From: Myxococcales bacterium
GTDB lineage: Bacteria; Myxococcota_A; UBA9042
NCBI GenBank assembly: GCA_037441385.1
Contig: JBBISH010000081.1
Span: 1 to 31,396 of the forward strand
Length of the DNA: 31,396 nt
Reading direction: 5' to 3'
The translations under genes were made by a program, and so were the position numbers. Of this stretch, positions 28,824-31,396 are shown piece after piece. The notes under the pieces were generated by a model, which worked only from the letters and a program-made list of their open reading frames with translations, did no database searches and was not told the origin of the DNA. Each line of letters begins with the position of its first letter. Position 1 is the first letter of the stretch.

Positions 28824-29531
28824 ATGCGCAGCTTGCCTTTGTCCGTTGTCCTGCTCACCTTCGCCGTCACCGCCCAGGCTGGCTGGACCCAAGAGCCGGT
28901 CCGGGCCGTGCCGGGGCCGCAGGCCGCCACCAGCGAGGCCGGCGCTACGGCTGCCGCACCGCCCCCCGTCGACGTGGAATCGGTGGCGAAAGCGTTGCGG
29001 GATCAAGGGGCAACCGGCTTTGTTCCCGGCAATATCCGGGTGGTGGCAGAGGCTGGGCCCAAGGCGATGGCGGCTTTGAACAAGCTGCGCGCCCACACCA
29101 GCGGCCGCGCGTACTTGGTGCTGTGCGCCCGCGGCACCGAACTGGCGCCCCTGCAGGCGGCCTTCGCGCAGCGGCTCGGGCTTGTGGGGCGCGACGTCTT
29201 GGTGCTTTCGACCGCTGCGGTCTGGTCGGTCTATGCTCCGGCCGCGCCGGCAGATGTGCTCGCGCAGCTTGAAACCAAAGCGGCCGACCCGCGCGGTGGC
29301 CGGGCCTTCGATCGCCTGGAGGCGCTCTTGGCGGCCCTGCCTGCGGCCATGCAGCCTGGGGCGATTGCCGAGCTTCCGCGCCCTGCCAGCCCAGTTCAAA
29401 CCAGCGCGCCAGCGGCGACAACGGCGGACGACAAGACCTTACTGCTAGTTGGCGGGGCCGCGCTGGGCGCCTTGGTGGCCCTCGCGGCAGTGGCGATTGG
29501 GTTCCTGCTGGGCCGGCGCACGCCCAAGTAG
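28824..29531 (+). CDS. Hypothetical exported protein with C-terminal membrane anchor
   Basis: Signal peptide ending AQA, small alpha/beta domain, Pro/Ala/Thr linker, C-terminal TM followed by RRTPK. Confidence 0.7.
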   Translation: MRSLPLSVVLLTFAVTAQAGWTQEPVRAVPGPQAATSEAGATAAAPPPVDVESVAKALRDQGATGFVPGNIRVVAEAGPKAMAALNKLRAHTSGRAYLVLCARGTELAPLQAAFAQRLGLVGRDVLVLSTAAVWSVYAPAAPADVLAQLETKAADPRGGRAFDRLEALLAALPAAMQPGAIAELPRPASPVQTSAPAATTADDKTLLLVGGAALGALVALAAVAIGFLLGRRTPK

Positions 29532-29533
29532 GG

Positions 29534-29589
29534 GCCTGGTACACCAATTCTCGAGTTCTTTCGGGGTTGCCGACGCCAGTGTACCAGGC
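29534..29589. repeat. 11-bp perfect inverted repeat GCCTGGTACAC...GTGTACCAGGC
   Basis: Arms at 29534-29544 and 29579-29589, just after the stop codon and between convergent genes. No U-tract. Confidence 0.6.
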
Positions 29590-29722
29590 GGCGCTAGCTG
29601 CGCGTCGGGGTGGCAGGGCCGGGGGGGCCAAGAGTGCGCGGCGCGCCCCCATTCCTTGCTGAAAGGGCTAGGCCTGCACAGCTTTCGAAAGGCGAAACCC
29701 GACTGGACTTCGATTCGTAGTC

Positions 29723-31396
29723 CTAATTCGCGCGGCAAGCCGTCAGCTGCAAGTACGGCATGCTGACGTCGACGGCCGATAGGCCGGTGCTCGCCGAGCT
29801 GAAGGCGCCGATGTCGGTGTCGTGCGTATGGGCGCCTGCGGCCGCCGAGTTGAAGGCCGGGATGTTGACGTCGTGGGTGTGGGCGCCGTCGGTGCTCGAG
29901 GCGAACGCGCCGATGTTGACGTCGTGCGTGTGGGCGCCCGCGCCGGCGGTCGAGTGGTAGGCCTGGTAGGGGCCATTGTCTTTGCCCCAGCTGGGCCCCG
30001 TACCGCCCGAAACGTTCCAGTCGTCTTGCAGCGTGTAGATGGGGTGAGTGTGGTCGCCCACGCCGGTGGTGGTGGTATTAGGCGGATCGATGGTGTGCGC
30101 GTGGGCGCCGGCGTTGGTCGAGGTCGTGTTCGGCGGATCCACCGAGTGCACGTGGTCGCCCACGCCGGTCGAGGTGGTGTTGGGCGGGTCGATGGTGTGC
30201 GTGTGCGCCGGCACGTCGGTGATCTGTCGCAGCGCCTTGTCGCCCAGAGCCGTGCCCACCGTGGCGCCAACGGTGCCACCGGCGTTCAAGCCAATGACCA
30301 CGCGACCGCGCAGGGGGGTGTACTCGGTCCAGCCCGAGGGGCACGGACCGGCAAAGAAGGCAATCATGCCGGTGGTGAGCATACCGGCGCTGCCCACCCA
30401 GTCGGTGGCGATGCGGCCGTGCTCGATCTTGGGCATCGCGTAGCGCAGCCACGACGAGTCGCCCCCAGAGGCCTGACCCGAGCCATACACGCGCATGTAG
30501 GCCGCGACCTTGGTCGACGAGGTCAGCTGCACCGAGACCTGCACGCGCTTCCACGTCTGGTCGGTGTTGGGGATGGCCAGTGTCGTGCTGGTGCCAAAGC
30601 AGTCGAGCTTGACCTTGGCGTTGGTGCCGGTGCTGTCGGGTCGGCGCACGTACGTGGAGCAGGTGACCCAGACGTTGGCCTCGTCGGCGATGTTGATGTG
30701 GCTATTTAGCGTGAGCGACTCGCTGGTGCCGTCGCCGGTGCTGCGGAGGTCGACGCCCCAGGTGCCCACGCTCTCGTTCACCAGCGTACTGCCTTGTGCG
30801 GCGTTTGCGTCGGCCAAAGACAGCTTGGCCAGCTTGTAGTTGACGGCGGTGACGTCGACGCTGCAGTTGTCGGGGATGCCGTTGCCGTCCAGGTCGGCCA
30901 AAGTGGGGTTCGTCACGGTGTTTTCACCCACTGCGCCCAGCATCGCCGCTGCCGCGCAGCCCCATTTGCCGCCACTGTACTGCAGTGTTTCGCCGTCTTT
31001 GCAGGCCTCGCCCAGCTTGGCCGCGGTCACCGCGCCGTCCTTGATCATGCCGGTTGTCACCGCGGCGGACTGGCCTTCGTTGACGTACTGCCCATCGGCG
31101 TAGACCGTGTCCAGCGCGAACGTGCCGCTGGCCAGCGTCAGGCCCGTGCCATTCTTGTAGACCAGGGTGGTCGCGCAGGTGACCTTGCCCGCCGCGTCGA
31201 TGCCCGTGACGGTATCGCCCGCCTTGCACGCCTGGTTCGAGGTGGCAAAATCCGTGCCGCTGTAGGCTTTGGGGTCGCGCAGGTGACCTTGCCCGCCGCG
31301 TCGATGCCCGTAACGGTGTCGCCCGCCTTGCACGCCTGGTTCGAGGTGGCAAAATCGGCACCACCGTAGGCCTTGGGCGCTGCGCAGGTGACTTTG
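29723..31396 (-). CDS. Phage tail-fibre-like protein (collar domain plus HxH needle), 5'-partial, with a 1-bp frameshift near 31272
   Basis: Collar motif GMIAFF...CPSGW...LRGRVVIG, seven HxH motifs, terminal MPYLQLTAC. Upstream 35-aa repeats (KVTCAxPKAYxGxDFATSNQACKAGDTVTGIDAAG) continue to the window edge in a shifted frame. Confidence 0.8.
   Translation of the reverse strand, partial: QSHLRSAQGLRWCRFCHLEPGVQGGRHRYGHRRGGQGHLRDPKAYSGTDFATSNQACKAGDTVTGIDAAGKVTCATTLVYKNGTGLTLASGTFALDTVYADGQYVNEGQSAAVTTGMIKDGAVTAAKLGEACKDGETLQYSGGKWGCAAAAMLGAVGENTVTNPTLADLDGNGIPDNCSVDVTAVNYKLAKLSLADANAAQGSTLVNESVGTWGVDLRSTGDGTSESLTLNSHINIADEANVWVTCSTYVRRPDSTGTNAKVKLDCFGTSTTLAIPNTDQTWKRVQVSVQLTSSTKVAAYMRVYGSGQASGGDSSWLRYAMPKIEHGRIATDWVGSAGMLTTGMIAFFAGPCPSGWTEYTPLRGRVVIGLNAGGTVGATVGTALGDKALRQITDVPAHTHTIDPPNTTSTGVGDHVHSVDPPNTTSTNAGAHAHTIDPPNTTTTGVGDHTHPIYTLQDDWNVSGGTGPSWGKDNGPYQAYHSTAGAGAHTHDVNIGAFASSTDGAHTHDVNIPAFNSAAAGAHTHDTDIGAFSSASTGLSAVDVSMPYLQLTACRAN
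31173..31396 (-). repeat. Tandem 105-bp coding repeat (one unit is 104 bp)
   Basis: gcgcaggtga recurs at 31173, 31277 and 31382 (spacing 104 and 105). Confidence 0.9.

Noticed and set aside
29668..29726. Possible tiny CTAG/CTAA-flanked inverted-repeat element
   Set aside because: Only about 7 of 9 bases match between the arms and there is a single copy, so it is compatible with chance.
29723..31396. Prophage
   Set aside because: Only a fibre-like gene is visible, with no other phage genes or att site in the window. A prophage cannot be excluded beyond the edge.

Overview
High-GC bacterial chromosome segment, most likely from a myxobacterium or other Myxococcota, judged from Cys-rich CxDxNxCTxDxC repeats, MYXO-CTERM-like sorting tails and a DUF2330 protein. 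It holds about 21 CDSs, two cut by the window edges: surface proteins, signalling (two hybrid histidine kinases, a PhnD-like lipoprotein paired with a diguanylate cyclase), peptidases, an acyl-CoA ligase, a MarR/SnoaL pair and a phage-tail-fibre-like protein. Three things stand out. (1) A near-eukaryotic ubiquitin domain (47/71 identical to human ubiquitin by manual alignment, no Gly-Gly tail) is fused between a signal peptide and a Cys-rich stalk with a MYXO-CTERM-like anchor, suggesting a surface-displayed ubiquitin. (2) A dense family of 132-bp and 65-66-bp MITE-like elements (at least 9 copies or fragments) carries 3-bp TNA target duplications, with one copy nested inside another. (3) A perfect Fur-box-like palindrome inside a consensus sigma70 promoter drives a putative porin and cytochrome c pair. 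No rRNA, tRNA, CRISPR array or transposase was seen. Family names come from motif recognition, not database searches.
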